The notes beneath the pieces were generated by a model, which was not told the DNA's origin, did no database searches, and saw only the letters and a program-made list of their open reading frames with translations. Of a stretch of DNA of 64,000 nt, positions 63,929-64,000 are shown piece by piece. The stretch lies in IMG/VR virus record IMGVR_UViG_2648501751_000004. One strand, given 5' to 3'. The DNA comes from an uncultured virus (IMG/VR IMGVR_UViG_2648501751_000004). Its lineage: Duplodnaviria > Heunggongvirae > Uroviricota > Caudoviricetes. A program made the translations under genes and the position numbers. Each line of letters starts with the position of its first letter. The stretch's first letter is position 1.

Positions 63929-64000
63929 TGGCTCAGCTCCTTTTCGGTATCAATGAGGCGCCGGCCCAGTGCCATCAGCCGGCGCACCTCAGCCAGGTTG

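Larger units (their letters stand above)
38979..64000 (-). mobile_element. Mu-like transposable prophage (late half; continues beyond the window)
   Basis: Mu gene order lysis-gp25..gp48-tail fibre-com-methylase; TG terminus with tandem repeats. Confidence 0.95.

Noticed and set aside
1..64000. A single 64-kb prophage
   Set aside because: Two full sets of terminase, portal, capsid, tape measure and lysis genes in opposite orientations, separated by attR and a Mu-type end.

Overview
The window holds two back-to-back prophages in a GC-rich, probably gammaproteobacterial genome, with only about 175 bp of host DNA between them. (1) Positions 1-38803 are an apparently near-complete lambdoid/HK97-like siphovirus prophage. 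It has a tyrosine integrase at the left edge, a leftward early operon (CsrA homolog, HNH, Lar-like domain, LuxR-HTH), and an immunity region bounded by five 15-bp operators that carries brnT-brnA-hicB plus a HipA-like kinase and partner gene behind a repressor lacking a peptidase domain. Next come cro, a ~410-nt ORF-free highly base-paired region abutting a phage initiator tRNA-Met, RusA, Rha, an HNH-containing replication initiator with iterons, lysis, HK97-type head, tail and two morons. attR is the 3' half of a tRNA-Met(CAT). (2) Positions 38979-64000 are the late half of a Mu-like transposable myovirus prophage on the minus strand. It starts at a TG terminus with two 22-bp-spaced repeats, then dam/com, tail fibre, baseplate, tape measure, sheath/tube, head, portal, terminase and lysis genes, and continues past the window. 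The best candidates for undescribed biology are the tRNA-coupled large structured RNA in the cII position, the cI-linked kinase/partner module, a predicted antisense RNA against the rha leader, and a Cro with an (E/D)RR-repeat tail. All protein calls come from motif recognition and synteny; no database searches were run.
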